DNA of 64,000 bases, from NCBI GenBank assembly GCA_964016885.1, contig OZ024758.1:38626001-38690000 (forward strand), given 5' to 3'. How positions within the stretch are numbered: position 1 is the stretch's first letter; each line of letters begins with the position of its first letter. Position numbers and translations under genes: made by a program. This stretch comes from Eledone cirrhosa. Lineage: Eukaryota. This document shows positions 31,243 to 44,110 of this stretch, piece after piece. The notes below the pieces were generated by a model that was not told the origin of the DNA, did not search any database, and saw only the letters and a list, made by a program, of their open reading frames with translations.

Positions 31243-31773
31243 ATGTCTGAATATAGCTGTGAGATTTACAGGAAAACTTTCCCTTCAAAACTGAATCTAA
31301 CCTCACACAAAAGAATGCACACTGGAGAAAAACCCTTCCAGTGTGAAATATGTGGGAAATCTTCCACTGATAATTCTAAACTTGTCATCCACATGCGAAG
31401 TCATACTGGAGAAAAACCTTACCATTGTGAAATATGTGGGAAATCTTTTTCTCGTGGTTTTAACCTTGTAGAACAGAAAAGAATACACACTGGAGAAAAA
31501 CCCTTCCACTGTAAAATATGTGAGGAATATTTTACTTATAATTCTAATCTTGTCATCCACATGTGGAGTCATACTGGAGAAAAACCCTACCATTGTGGAA
31601 TATGGGGGAAATCTTTTGCATTGAGTGGTGACTTGAAAAGACATATGACAATACACACTGGAGAGAAACCCTTCCACTGTGAAACATGTGGCAAATATTT
31701 TGCCTTGAGCTGTGTCTTGAAAAGATATAGAAGAACACATAACGGAGACAAACCTTATTCATGTGAAATATGA
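31243..31773 (+). pseudogene. C2H2 zinc-finger array (~6 fingers), several with lost Zn ligands; probably a pseudogene or relic
   Basis: Repeated HTGEKP(F/Y)xCEICGKSF linkers. Defects: CEIYR, VEQKRIH, CGIWG, KRYRRTH, and a stop in place of the second Cys of the last finger. Confidence 0.8.
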
Positions 31774-33344
31774 AATCCTTCTCTTATACATTTCAACATA
31801 TATATGTGTATACCTCACTCAAGCGGAAGAAATATACTCCCATATATCGAAGATTACCACAATAACTAGGGAGCAGAGGACAATATATGCTGGGCATTGC
31901 TATTGAGGGTAAGATGACCTGATGAGCTGGCTCCTGTGGTGGATACCTAAACATAGTAAGACCCGAGTGGGATGACTGAGATTGACCTACATAGATCAGA
32001 TGTCTCTGGATGTCCAGCTGGAGATTAATGATCTCAGGAATGCCATGAAAGATTGTGACATCTAAAAAAGGAGAGTAGAATTGTTCTGGCCAATCCACCG
32101 ACTTAATAAATGATAATGATAATAATATATATTAATGAACATTTATTATGGTGAAATATGTTGGAAATCATTCTCAGAGGTTTTGTACTGTAATCCACAA
32201 ATACTCTCTGGAGGAAGTTCTACTTCATATTATTTGTCATTAAGGTTTCTTATAGAGACACCTCATTGTTGAGGGTGGTGTATTGGCAGAATCAGTAGAG
32301 TGTCAGACGATATGCTTTGTGTCATATAGTTACATCCCTTTACATTCTGTATTAAAATCTTGCTGAGGTTAGCTTTACTTTTCTTGCTCAGAGGTTCAGT
32401 AAAATAAAGTACCAGTAATCTACTGGGGTTGATTTAATCAACTTTCTCCTTCCCATCCAATTGTGGCCTTGAGTTAAAAGTAGAAACAGTTATTTAAAGT
32501 CTATAAAACAATAGATAGAATGCTTTCTGCCATATTTGTTCTGGTTCTCAGCTCTGAGTTTAAATCCTGCTGAGGTCAACTTTGCCTTTCATCCATTCAA
32601 GGTTGATAAGAAAAAAGTACCAGTCTACCACTGGGGTCTGTTCTTCCTCCCTATATTTCTTTCTCACTTCCTCTCTCTTATTCTCTCTCCTTCTCAAGAA
32701 GTAATCAACTGTTCCACCCTGGTGAGTGAAGGGCTCCACCAAGCTTCAAATGTCCACAGTGACACCCCTATGACTCCATCAGTGCAAGAAAAACAAAACA
32801 AAAGATGAATGTATTTATTTTATAAACCTCAACTGGTTTATATTCATATTTGTGACAAAATATCCACATTTATGTTTAAATAAAAACAATTTTACAACTT
32901 TAATATTTGTTGGATGGTACGGTCATGACAGTTCAAATTAGGACTTTTTAAAAAATTAACATTTGAAAATACTTTACAACTTTCTTCTCTTTATCTTTAC
33001 CCATTCCTGAGAGGCTTGTAGAGGGTAGAGTCCACACACAGGTCCTATGTTTGTAAAATGTCCTCTATATACTACACACACACAAAACCACATCACTCTG
33101 CACACACACACCACATCCCACACAACAGACATACACCATACCACACCACACCACATACAAACCAGGTAGTTATACCAACCCTGTATCTTGGTTTTAGTGA
33201 TTTTTTTGTAACAAACTCAACTTCCCAGACCTTAGCAACCGGAGTGGACTCATCAGATTGGATATTAAATGATGAGCTGTGACATCATTGGTGTCAACCT
33301 GTTTCAGCCATTCCTTTGGACAACATTATAGTGTATGTATGTAG

Positions 33345-33494
33345 TATATATATATATATAGAGAGAGAGAGAGGTTATATATATATATATAGAGAGAGAG
33401 ATCTTATATATATATATAGAGAGAGAGAGATCTTATATATATATATAGAGAGAGAGAGATAATATATATAGATAGATTATATATATATATATAG

Positions 33495-33562
<68 letters not shown>

Positions 33563-33892
33563 CTCACTCTCTCTCTATATATATATAGATTATATATATA
33601 TATAGAGAGAGAGAGAGATTATATATATAGAGAGAGAAAGAGATGATCTATATATATATATAGAGAGAGTGAGATTATATATATATATAGAGAGAGAAAG
33701 AGATGATCTATATATATATATAGAGAGAGAGAGAGTGAGATTATATATATATATATATAGAGAGAGAGATCATCTATATATATATAGAGAGAGAGAGAGA
33801 TTATATATATATATAGAGAGAGAGAGATCATCTATATATATATATATAGAGAGAGAGAGATTATATATATATATATAGAGAGAGAGATCATC

Positions 33893-33924
<32 letters not shown>

Positions 33925-33970
33925 TTATATATATATATATATAGAGAGAGAGATCATCTATATATATATA
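33345..33970. repeat. Compound (TA)n(GA)n microsatellite
   Basis: Directly visible. Confidence 0.95.
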
Positions 33971-33984
33971 TTTGTGTTCAAGAG

Positions 33985-35010
33985 ACTAGATGGAGGGGCT
34001 GGTCTGCTAGATTCATTGTGGGTAAAAAACGATGTTATAAACCTTTCTGGGTGGGAAATGACAATGGGCTGGGTGGAGTAGTATGGTGGGATGGGGGAAG
34101 TAGAGAACACTATCAAGTGGCTAGGAGAGAATCTAGGAGACAAGTGTACCTTGCAAGAAGGGAAGCAGGGGATAGAAAGTTCAAGCATTTTCTACAACAC
34201 GAGGACCAAAAACCTGAGGTGTTCAGGATTGCTAAACAATGTGTCAAGGAAAATCGTGATACTGTCAGGGAGAAGTGTGTCCTTAATGATAATGGTGTAC
34301 TTGCCCTCACTTTTACTGATAAGAAGATAGCTCAGAAGTGTCACTACGGGAGGCTACTAAATGAGGAGAATAAATGGGGAAAAGATAGTCTTCCCCAAAT
34401 TGATCCAATAGAGGGACCAGCAGTGCAAGTTGAAGGTAGTATAATAAGTAAGGCAATCAAAGATATGAAGGCAGGCAAGGCAGCTGGGCCTTCGGAGATA
34501 GTTGCTGAGATGTTGAAAGCATCTGGAATGGTGGGACATACTATGGTCACCCAGACAGTAAACCAAGTAATACAGAATGGGGTCATACCAAATGACTGGC
34601 ATAGCAGCATCATCGTTAACTGCTACAAGGTTAAAAGAGATGCCCTAGATAGGGGAAACTATAGAGGCATTAAGGTAGTTGACCAGGTCATGAAGGTCAC
34701 AGAAAGAGTTATTGCACAACTAATCAGAGACAGAATTGATCTAGATGAAATGCAGTTTTGGTTTGTGTCAGGTAAAAGTACCACAGACACTCTTTTCCTT
34801 GTACGACAACTACAGGAGAAGTACCTAGCTAAAAGTAAACCCCTATACTTAGCTTTCGTTGACTTGAAGAAAGCCTTAGACAGAGTCCTCAGCTACATTT
34901 TCTGGTGGACCCTTAGAAAACTAGGAGTAGATGAATGGCATGTGAGAGCCATGTATAAAGAAACGGTGAGCAAGGTGAGAATTAACAATAAATATAGTGA
35001 AGAAATGATA
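33985..35010 (+). mobile_element. RTE-clade LINE fragment, N-terminal half of the RT region
   Basis: KAGKAAGPSEIVAEML, IPNDW, NYRGIK, QFWFVSGKSTTD..VRQLQEK, AFVDLKKALDRV; decayed motifs. Confidence 0.9.
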
Positions 35011-35405
35011 GGAAGGAAGAAATAGAATGGGTACCAACAAAGATATTTATTTCTCTGTTGTTACGAGCCTCTCATTCTTCGCAGTCATCTCAGATAAATC
35101 ATTGAAACTGCAGGTGGTCTGAGATATGATGAATGTATTTTAATATTTGTGACCTCCTCTCACCCATTCTATTTCTTCCTTCCGATCATTTCTTTGAGTC
35201 AACTCACATCAAGTTGCTGACTTCTGTCCTTCGAGGTAATGTTTTACCCAACACAGCTTTGACGGTATTTTGCTGTTTAAACACCGAGTTTTTCCATTTT
35301 ATATATATATATATGTATGTAAAGGGTAAACAGAAATAACAATACAATCAGTACAGTATATGGAAGGAATATATTAGGTTAATGCTTGAAATAGCAGGAA
35401 GAGGG

Positions 35406-35441
35406 TCTTAACGTTTCGGACGCTAGTCTTTCATCAGAAGA
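35406..35441 (-). ncRNA. Minimal type I hammerhead, family F
   Basis: Minus strand reads TCTT-CTGATGA-AAGAC.TAGC.GTCC-GAAA-CG-TT-AAGA. A second copy at ~57957-57993 has a perfect GGAC/GTCC stem II but GAAA>AAAA. Flanks are homologous (~35325-35480 vs ~57878-58050). Confidence 0.72.
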
Positions 35442-36561
35442 TTGAAGGGACGGGCAGGATGGAATTGGAAAAAATATCTTTAGATATCAGGTCCATTCAT
35501 GTTGACATCTCTTGTGTATGATATATTTTTGTTTAAGACTCACATTAATCCCCTATAATTTAATGAGCTCAAGGATTAGATTCCGGGTTTTTTATAAATC
35601 ACCATATAGAGAGAAGTACACATAGAGATATGTGTTCAATTATAGAAGATTAAAAACCACCAGAGTGACGAACATATTAACTATGGAAGTAATACTGGAT
35701 ACAAATCAATTAAAATAATATATTAAAGTGTACTAACCATCTATTTATAACTATAACATCCAGACATGCTCAAATGAGAGTATGTTTCGCTATAAAAGTG
35801 AAGAATATATATTGTAGAGGTAGCTCATCGGCGGATACCTATCAATATGATCAACACTTCTAAAAATATATTAGATAACTAAGAAAACACACACGGTGTA
35901 GAGAAAAGATGTTTTATAGCCCATGGTGGTGAATAGACCAAAAGACCGCTAAAAATATATATGATATGATATACGTCTAGAAATATATTTTTATCACATG
36001 CATGTTAACATACATATGAAAATTTAGAGCTTATTTAGCTGCTATTTCTAACATTTTCCACGTTACATATTTTTATTATTTGGCTGCCATTTCTAGCATT
36101 TGTATTTACCACACAGACTGAAACGTTTAACAAAGGGGAATAAATCTTTAAAGCCTTCGATTTGCTATTATCTCCCTTTCACTGTAAAATTTATGATAGT
36201 AATCTAGACTAGAGGGCCCCTCACTAAATGTTCTTATAACTTTCTTAATAAAACATATTTTGTAATAACATTTTGCAGAGATACGAATTACAGTTTATAG
36301 ATTAACTTACTGTAACTGAAATTACAATATATCTTTACGTACAAATGTACTAAAGCTAGAAATTGCCAGGTAGGGTGTACAGTTTTTATCACATTTCCTA
36401 TTTAGTAAAATAAACTATTTTATCACAACAATATAAAGAAACAGGATATAGATTTATTTGGTACTTCTAGCGTTGTTTACATACATATTGCTATATATGT
36501 ATGTGTGTGTATATATATATATATATATTGTTTATATACATAACACATACATACACACATA

Positions 36562-36629
<68 letters not shown>

Positions 36630-36644
36630 GTGTGTGTGTCTGTG

Positions 36645-36800
36645 TGATAGGAAGGGCATCCAGCTATAGAAATGAAGCTAGAATCAGTTCCCATATGAGC
36701 AAGACAAAGTCAGACGACCTAAAATTGCCCACAACAGGACAATCTGTCTAACCCATGCTAGCGTGGAAGAATCGACGTAAAATGGTGATGATGATGATGA
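36645..36800 (+). mobile_element. RTE 3' end fragment with (GAT)n tail
   Basis: AGGAAGGGCATCCAGCT..CCCATGCTAGCGTGGAA..GACGTAAAATGGTGATGATG, matching 37930-38090. Confidence 0.8.
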
Positions 36801-36861
36801 CATATATATATATATATATACACCTATATATATCTATCTGTATATATAAATATATATATAT

Positions 36862-36893
36862 AAATATTAGACATAAATTTTTGTGTACCTCTC

Positions 36894-36957
<64 letters not shown>

Positions 36958-36989
36958 GAGAGGTACATAAAAATTTATGTCTAATATTT
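36862..36989. repeat. ~35-bp inverted repeat enclosing a pure (TA)n tract
   Basis: AAATATTAGACATAAATTTTTGTGTACCTCTCATT-(TA)n-AATGAGAGGTACATAAAAATTTATGTCTAATATTT. Confidence 0.9.
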
Positions 36990-37033
36990 CTTCTTATTTT
37001 ATAATATGTTTTATATATATATACATACATATA

Positions 37034-37085
<52 letters not shown>

Positions 37086-37091
37086 CATATA

Positions 37092-38089
37092 TGTATATAT
37101 ATACATACATTTAGGCTTCACATGCAGCAGCTGTGCTGAGACAGCAAGCAGCAAACTGCCAAAGGAAAGAAGTACCACCAATCTCTGGGAGGGCCCTGTA
37201 GAAACAGTAGACAGCTTCTGTTACCTAGGTGACCGAATTAGCAGCGGAGGTGGGTGTTCGGAAAGTACAATAACTAGGGTAAGAACGGGATGGAAGAAGT
37301 TCAGGGAGCTACTGCCACTGCTAGCTGCAAAATGCTAGCCTCAAAATGAAAGGCAGACTGTATGATGCGTGTATCCGAACAGCAATGTTGCATGGTAGTG
37401 AGACCTGGGCGCTGAAGGTGGAAGACTTACGTAGATTAGAGAGAAACAAAGCCTGCATGCTCTGATGGATGTGTAATAGTAATATACGTGAACGACAAAG
37501 CATAAATGAACTGAGAGAGAGACTGAGCAAAAGAGGAATCAAATGCTGTGTGCAAGAGAGGCGGTTGCGCTGGTATGGACATGTGATGCGTATGAAGGAT
37601 GACAGCTGCATAAAAAGGTGCAGAGCACTAGAAGTCGATGGAAACCGCGGAGTGGGGAGACCCAAGAAGACCTGGGATGAGGTGATAAAAGCCGACCTTA
37701 CCCAATTACACCGCTCAAAGGCGATGACTTCTGGCGTCACGCAGTAATACAGAGTACCCGACCTCCCATGGGTACAAGCTGATGCATATAGACAATATGC
37801 CCCCACATCCTCCCACTGTAAGGTGGTCGTGGAGGTGCCACAGCAAAAAAGCACCCAGCCCACACTGTAAAGTGGACGTGTAGGCGCCACGAAAAAGCAC
37901 CCAGCACTCACTGTAAATGAGGTTGGTGTTAGGAAGGGCATCCAGCTGTAGAAATCAAGCCAAAATCAGTTCCTGTATGAGCAAGGCAGATCCTGTATCA
38001 GCCGACCAGACACTGCACACAATAGGACAACCCGTCTAACCCATTCTAGCGTAGAAGAACGGACGTAAAACGGTGATGATGATGATGAT
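37092..38089 (+). mobile_element. RTE-clade LINE 3' part (RT C-terminus, 3' UTR, (GAT)n tail)
   Basis: VDSFCYLGD..RVRTGWKKFRELLPLL, then LHGSETW and RRLRWYGHVMR..GRPKKTW across stops and frameshifts. Confidence 0.9.
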
Positions 38090-38197
38090 ACATATATGTG
38101 TGTGCATATATATATATATATACATATACATACATATATATAAGGGTGAGAAATGAAATTTCATTTTTTCCATTTATATATATATATATATTCTATT

Positions 38198-38385
38198 CTA
38201 GGGCGGGTAAAATTTCCGAGATCCATGGACGAGTTCTCTCCAGCGGTCTCTGTCCCTCATTATCACTGCCATGTCCCGCGTCTCCAACAGACCAGTGTCT
38301 GTCCTTAGGGCATCAACATATGTTAACCTTGGTCTTCCTCTTCCAGTGTGGCCATGTAGGGGCTCCCACAGGAGCACTGAGTGTA
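38198..38385 (-). mobile_element. Short 3' fragment of the RTE-like family seen at 5086-6290
   Basis: Near-identical to 5086-5270. Confidence 0.85.
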
Positions 38386-38540
38386 TTATCAATTATAAAA
38401 GAGGTTATATTTAATTTGTTGGGATTCAATAAGCTTAAACATTTTTATAACTGATATAAAGCACTCAACAGTTTGCCTTGGTTGCCCTTGAAATATGTAT
38501 AATAAAATAAATATGGTTTTATAAATATAGTTTCCATTTA

Positions 38541-38585
<45 letters not shown>

Positions 38586-38587
<2 letters not shown>

Positions 38588-38661
38588 AGGAAAAGAGTCA
38601 GGACCCCAACTGCTGATCTCTGGCCGGAGCTCAGCTGTTGGGTTCCTGGCTCTTTTCCTAT
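38586..38661. repeat. 76-bp imperfect palindrome (copies at ~43930 and ~50911)
   Basis: ATAGGAAAAGAGTCAGGACCCCAACTGCTGA..TCAGCTGTTGGGTTCCTGGCTCTTTTCCTAT, pairing to the centre with no loop. Confidence 0.85.
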
Positions 38662-38695
38662 TACCCACTCTTCTACCCTAAGTATTGAGTACTCT

Positions 38696-38749
<54 letters not shown>

Positions 38750-39299
38750 TATATATATATATATACATATATGTATATATATATATATCCAAAATTAAAA
38801 TTAAGGGTTGTCATGTCTGAGAGACATGCACCATGCGTAGAATAAGCTGAAAGATTAGATCCGAGCATTACATATCAACTAGAAATAGATTGACATATAT
38901 ATATATATATATATAATAAATACATGAAACAATCACAGGGAATAATTTGTAAAGAATGTAGGCACACATAGCTAGGTAGGTAACTAATTAAAGCTTGACT
39001 AGAACTTCAAATATAGATACCTTTTAAAATGATTAATCTCCTTTGTATATATTTCTTTAAGTAAGAAATATATTTCACCTATTAATCCGTAAATCACAGC
39101 AGTTAAATTCTTGGATGTTCACCAAATGAGAAGAAAAATAACCATCTGCGTTTACACAGCAAATGCAAATCTGCGAATGATTTGAACCACGTGTTGCATT
39201 TTTTTAAAAATACACTCGTTGAACAACGTCATCCCAGTGGCCTGAATAGGACCATCGACAGCCAGAAATATAAATATAAATATATATATATGTATGTAT

Positions 39300-39602
39300 A
39301 ATATAAGATCAAAAGATGGTTAAAGGAATTCCATGTATTTTATTATGCGCATTTCAAAAACAAACATCATCATGCAATAATATTTGTGTTTTCATCAGAT
39401 AAAACAGGAGAACATGATATGAAGGCTAAAAAAACACTTGTGGATAGTGCAGTTTTAAATTCGCATAATAAAATACATGGAACTCCTTTAACCATCTTTT
39501 GATCTTATATTATGTATACTCCAGTCCTACAAACTGTAGAGTGCTTCTTATCCGATATCTGCATTGCTTTATTGTACTACAATAAAACTCACCTCCTACA
39601 TT
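39300..39602. mobile_element. Family B hammerhead element, internally inverted (HHR on minus strand 39338-39404; second copy ~44631-44933 with HHR 44669-44735)
   Basis: Minus-oriented segment 39300-39460 is joined to a plus-oriented tail 39462-39602. Absent from the third triplication unit. Confidence 0.85.
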
Positions 39603-39624
39603 ATATGTATATATATATATATAT

Positions 39625-39930
39625 TCTCTTTTACTCTTTTAACGTGTTCCAGCGATCCAGTTGAGGCCATGCTGGGGCATGCCCTTGTTACACATTCTTT
39701 CTCCAACCTGTGTTGGTTGGCCATTCGGCAAAGAGGGGGTTCGTTGTTGCTGCCCTTAGGTTACCTTCGAACCATGCTGTGGGCTCATCCAGGATCCTGG
39801 TAACAGGGTGTCGAGATGTTCCTTGAAAACATCCACGTCCACACCATGCAGATCTCTCAAATTCCTTGGCAGCTTGTTGAAGAGGTGAGGGCCCTTGAAC
39901 CCCAGGTTATTGTAATACCTGCTCCTTATT
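39625..39930 (-). mobile_element. CR1-group LINE 3' fragment (copies ~44957-45262 and ~51643-51940; another on + at 59042-59165)
   Basis: RIRSRYYNNLGFKGPHLFNKLPRNLRDLHGVDV matches the C-terminus of the 23695 LINE. Confidence 0.88.
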
Positions 39931-40509
39931 CTGTATATATTTATAAGTATATATCTATATATGTGTGTGTGTGGTAGGAAGTATGGTAAGGAACGAAGTG
40001 GACCATAACGCACCAGATCACGCGATACTTTGGTTAGTAGATATATATATATATGTGAGTGTGTGTTAAGCTATTCTATTAAATCAACCCCAGGATATCA
40101 CTGGTACTATATTTTATCAACCCCTGAATTATGAAATCATTTCATTTTACGTCCCCTTTTCCCTGCTTGCAAGAGTGGGACAGGAACTGATTCTGGCTTG
40201 ATTTCTACAGCTTGATGCCCTTCCTAAAACCAACCTCATTTACAGTGAGTGCTGGGTGATTTTTTGACGTGGCACCTCTACGACCACTTTACAGTGGAAT
40301 GATAGGGACTCCAGTCCCTATCATCTCATTTCTACAGCTGAGTAAACTGGAGCAATTTGAAATAAAGTGTCTTGCTCAAGGAAACAACACATTAACCGGT
40401 CGGAGAATTGAACTCACAACCTTTCGATAAAGAATAATACAATTATAGAGATTATAAAAGATTATAAAAGAATAATACGTATTATTCCTTTCGAATACAA
40501 TAAAAGGCC

Positions 40510-40990
40510 TGCTGTTACAACTTTGGTATTTATTGAGGAAATTGTGACTCGTTTAACCCTTTAGCATTTAAACCGGCCATATCCGGCCAGAAATCTCTCA
40601 CTTTTTTCTGTTCAAACCGGCTGTAACTAGCCACTCATACTGACGTTAAGGTATTCTTCTCAAAATAAATATTATCAAAATCTCATAGATTCAATATTAT
40701 GTGAGATAACTATATAAGATAAAGTGTTTACTGTGACATTACAATAGTAAATATAGAGTAATGTAAGTGCTAAAGGGTTAAATAACTTAAATTTACAACT
40801 TCAAGGTAAAACTCAGCTCGTAAATGAAATGTATAACCATATTGTTGCCTTTGAAAAAAAGCTACAGTTGTGGGAACATCAACTTTGAAATAAAAATTAT
40901 GTGCATTTTCCATCATTTCAAGGAGGGAAATCACAGGATTCAGAGGTATTTGTGAATATAATTCAAGATTTGAGAAATGAATAGTATAGT
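40510..40990 (+). pseudogene. hAT (Charlie/SPIN/Buster-like) transposase remnant interrupted by a MITE; also in units 2 and 3
   Basis: Removing the MITE gives LVFIEEIVTRL-NNLNLQLQGKTQLVNEMYNHIVAFEKKLQLWEHQL*NKNYVHFPSF, which matches the LNxLNLxLQG..AFxxKLxLW..HFP pattern of that family. Confidence 0.72.
40557..40777. mobile_element. piggyBac-like MITE, 221 bp (copies 45896-46116 and 52562-52782; diverged copy 61128-61349)
   Basis: TTAA on both sides; TIR CCCTTTAGCATTTA / TAAGTGCTAAAGGG. Confidence 0.88.
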
Positions 40991-41116
40991 CGACACTCGA
41001 GATAAAAATTTTAGCTTGTGTAATTTTCCATAATTATTCTTTTATGGCGTTCGTCCGGCCCATGGAGGCAAAGAAGTTGGCAATCCCTGATCTACACCAA
41101 TGTTTTCCTGTTACAG

Positions 41117-41254
41117 TGTGCAGTAGTGGAAGACTTGGTGCCAACTGTGATCAGGTGTGTCATTGTGAAGATAACAACAGGTGTAATGTGGAATTAGGGA
41201 TCTGTTCAAGGGGTAGATGTGCTCCAGGTTATGAAGGAAACAGTTGTCAGAAAG
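41117..41254 (+). CDS. EGF/laminin-EGF-like repeat exon A1 of a multi-EGF (MEGF/SCARF-like) protein
   Basis: 138 bp, ttacag acceptor, gttagt donor, phase 1-1. CSSGRLGANCDQVCHCEDNNRCNVELGICSRGRCAPGYEGNSCQK has 8 Cys. Confidence 0.85.
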
Positions 41255-41294
41255 GTTAGTTATTTTCATATCTCAGCTTTTATCTCTCACCAGT

Positions 41295-41946
41295 CCAGGT
41301 ACTTTATTTTATCAACCCCAGTACATTACTGGTACTTTATTTTATCAATCCCAGTACATTACTGGTACTTTATTTTATCAATCCCAGTACATTACTGGTA
41401 CTTTATTTTGTCAACCCCAGTACGTTACTGGTACTTTACTTTATCAACCCCAGTACGTTACTGGTACTTTATTTTATCAACCCCAGTACATTACTGGTAC
41501 TTTACTTTATCAAGCCCAGTACATTCCTGGTACTTTACTTTATCAACCCCAGTACGTTACTAGTACTTTATTTTATCAACTCCAGTACATTACTGGTACT
41601 TTATTTTATCAACCCCAGTACATTACTGGTACTTTACTTTATCAACCCCAGTACGTTACTGGTACTTTACTTTATCAACCCCAGTACATTACTGGTACTT
41701 TACTTTATCAACCCCAGTACGTTACTGGTACTTTACTTTATCAACCCCCGTACATTACTGGTACTTTACTTTATCAACCCCAGTACGTTACTGATACTTT
41801 ACTTTATCAAACCCAGTACATTACTGGTACTTTACTTTATCAACCCCCAGTACATTACTGGTACCTTACTTTATCAACCCAAGAACGTTACAGGTACTTT
41901 ACTTCATCAACCCCAGTACGTTACTGGTACTTTACTTTATCAACCC
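41295..41946. repeat. 33-bp SINE-derived minisatellite (~20 units; ~40 units at 46636-47972; ~7 units at 53300-53520)
   Basis: Unit CCCCAGTAC(A/G)TTACTGGTACTTTA(T/C)TTTATCAA is the reverse complement of the family-1 SINE body. Confidence 0.93.
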
Positions 41947-41949
41947 TGT

Positions 41950-43335
41950 TAGGATGAAAGCCAGAGCTATAACTTCAGTAGGATTTGAACCCAGTTACGG
42001 CCCTTTACGTTCTGAGTTCAAATCCCATCAAGGTAAGCTTTGCCTTTCATCCTTACTGGGTTGATAAAATAAAGTACCAGTAACACACTGGGGTCAATCA
42101 ACACCCCTTCCCCAAATGTGTTGGCCTTGCATCTAAATCAGAAACCATTAAAATAATCTCTAAATATTATTAGTTAGAAATATTAGTTAATAATTGTTTC
42201 TACGTTAGGCACAAGGCCAGCAATTACCCCAGTGAATTACTGCTACTTTATTTTATCGACCCCGTAAGGATGAAAGGCAAAGTTAACCTCGGTGGGATTT
42301 GAACTCAGAATGGCAAGGGCCGTAACTCTATGCATCAAAGCATGGCGTCCGACCCTCCACTGATACTGCCAATCCACTGCCATTAATATTATTATTGACT
42401 AATAATATTAACTAATAATATTAACTAATAATATTAACTAATAATATTAACTAATTATATTAACTAATAATATTAACTAATACTATTAACTAATAATATT
42501 AACTAATTATATTAACTAATAATATTAACTAATTATATTAACTAATAATATTAACTAATAATATATACTAATTATATAACTCTATGCATCAAAGCATGGC
42601 GTCCGACGCTCCACCGATACTGCCAATCCACCGAATAATATTAACTAATTCAAATCCCGCCGAGGTTAACTTTGCCTTTCATCCTTACGGGGTTGATAAA
42701 ATAAAGTACCAGTAATACACTGGGGTAATTGCTGGCCTTGTGCCTAATGTAAAAATTATTTAAATTATTAGTGAATATTATTAGTTGATAATATTAGTTA
42801 ATATTATTAGTTAATATAATTAGTGAATGTTATTAGTTAATATTATTAGGTGATAATATTAGTTAATATTATTAGTTAATATAATTAGTCAATATAATTA
42901 GCTAATGAGGTTAACTTTGCCTTTCATCCTTACGGGGTCGATAAAATAAAGTACCAGTAATGTACTGGGTAATTGCTGGCCTTGTGCCTAACGTAGAAAC
43001 AATTATTAGTTCATATAATTAGTTACTATTATTAGTAAATATAATTAGTCAATATAATTAGTAAATATAATTAGTCAATATAATTAGTCAATATAATTAG
43101 TCAATATAATTAGTCAATATAATTAGTCAATATTATTAGTCAATACTATTAGTAAATATAATTAGTCAATATAATAAGTCAATATAATTAGTCAATATAA
43201 TTAGTCAATATAATTAGTCAATATAATTAGTCAATATTATTACTCAATATAATTAGTCAATATAATTAGTCAATATAATTAGTCAATATTATTACTCAAT
43301 ATTATTAATAAATATAATTAGTCAATATAATTAGA
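41950..43335. mobile_element. Cluster of family-1 SINE copies in both orientations, interleaved with a 13-bp AT-rich repeat
   Basis: SINE bodies at ~42000, ~42195-42380 (-), ~42650 and ~42908; repeat unit TAGT(C/T)AATATAAT. Confidence 0.85.
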
Positions 43336-43722
43336 AACAATTATATTTTATCAACCCCAGAATGTTGGTTGTGTGGGTTTTTTATTTCTGTATGAAGTTC
43401 AGACAGACAGCCATACAGACACATGATATGAGTGTGCAACATCGTAGCTATGTTTCTGTCAGTTGAAAGCAAGTCTTTGTATTAACTTTTAGAGAAAGTC
43501 ACACCCAGTTAAATTACATGACCTTAGGTAAGTGTATGGGAGAGACAGGAGGAGAGATAGAGAGAGAGGGGGCGAGAGAGACCGAGAGAGGGAGATAGAG
43601 GGAGAGAAAGAGATGTGAGAGAGACAGAGAGAGAGGGAGAGAGAGAAAGTGGGAAGAATGGAGACTAAAAGTGGAAGAGGCAGAGAGATAGAAAGTAAAA
43701 TGTAGTAGTAATTCTAATGTTG

Positions 43723-43757
<35 letters not shown>

Positions 43758-43897
43758 GAGGTTATATTTAATTTGTTGGGATTCAATAAGCTTAAAAATG
43801 TTTATAACTGATATAAAGCACTCAACAGTTTGCCTTGGTTGCCTTGAAATATGTATAATAAAATAAATATGGTTTTATAAATATAGTTTCCATTTAT

Positions 43898-43931
<34 letters not shown>

Positions 43932-44042
43932 AGGAAAAGAGTCAGGACCCCAACTGCTGATCTCTGGCCGGAGCTCAGCTGTTGGGTTCCTGGCTCTTTT
44001 CCTATTACCCACTCTTCTACCCTAAGTATTGAGTACTCTGAG

Positions 44043-44110
<68 letters not shown>

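Noticed and set aside
35043-35100. Minus-strand hammerhead-like pattern (ATTTAT CTGAGGA..GTAA..ATAAAT)
   Set aside because: The GAAA box and NUH site are not intact and stem II is unconvincing; at most a highly decayed relic.
33985-38089. A single intact RTE element
   Set aside because: The YADD-containing middle is missing, 2 kb of unrelated sequence intervenes, and both parts are decayed; they may be separate copies.
38586-38661. pre-miRNA-like hairpin
   Set aside because: It pairs to the centre with no loop and has mutated in unit 3; it fits a DNA fold-back better.
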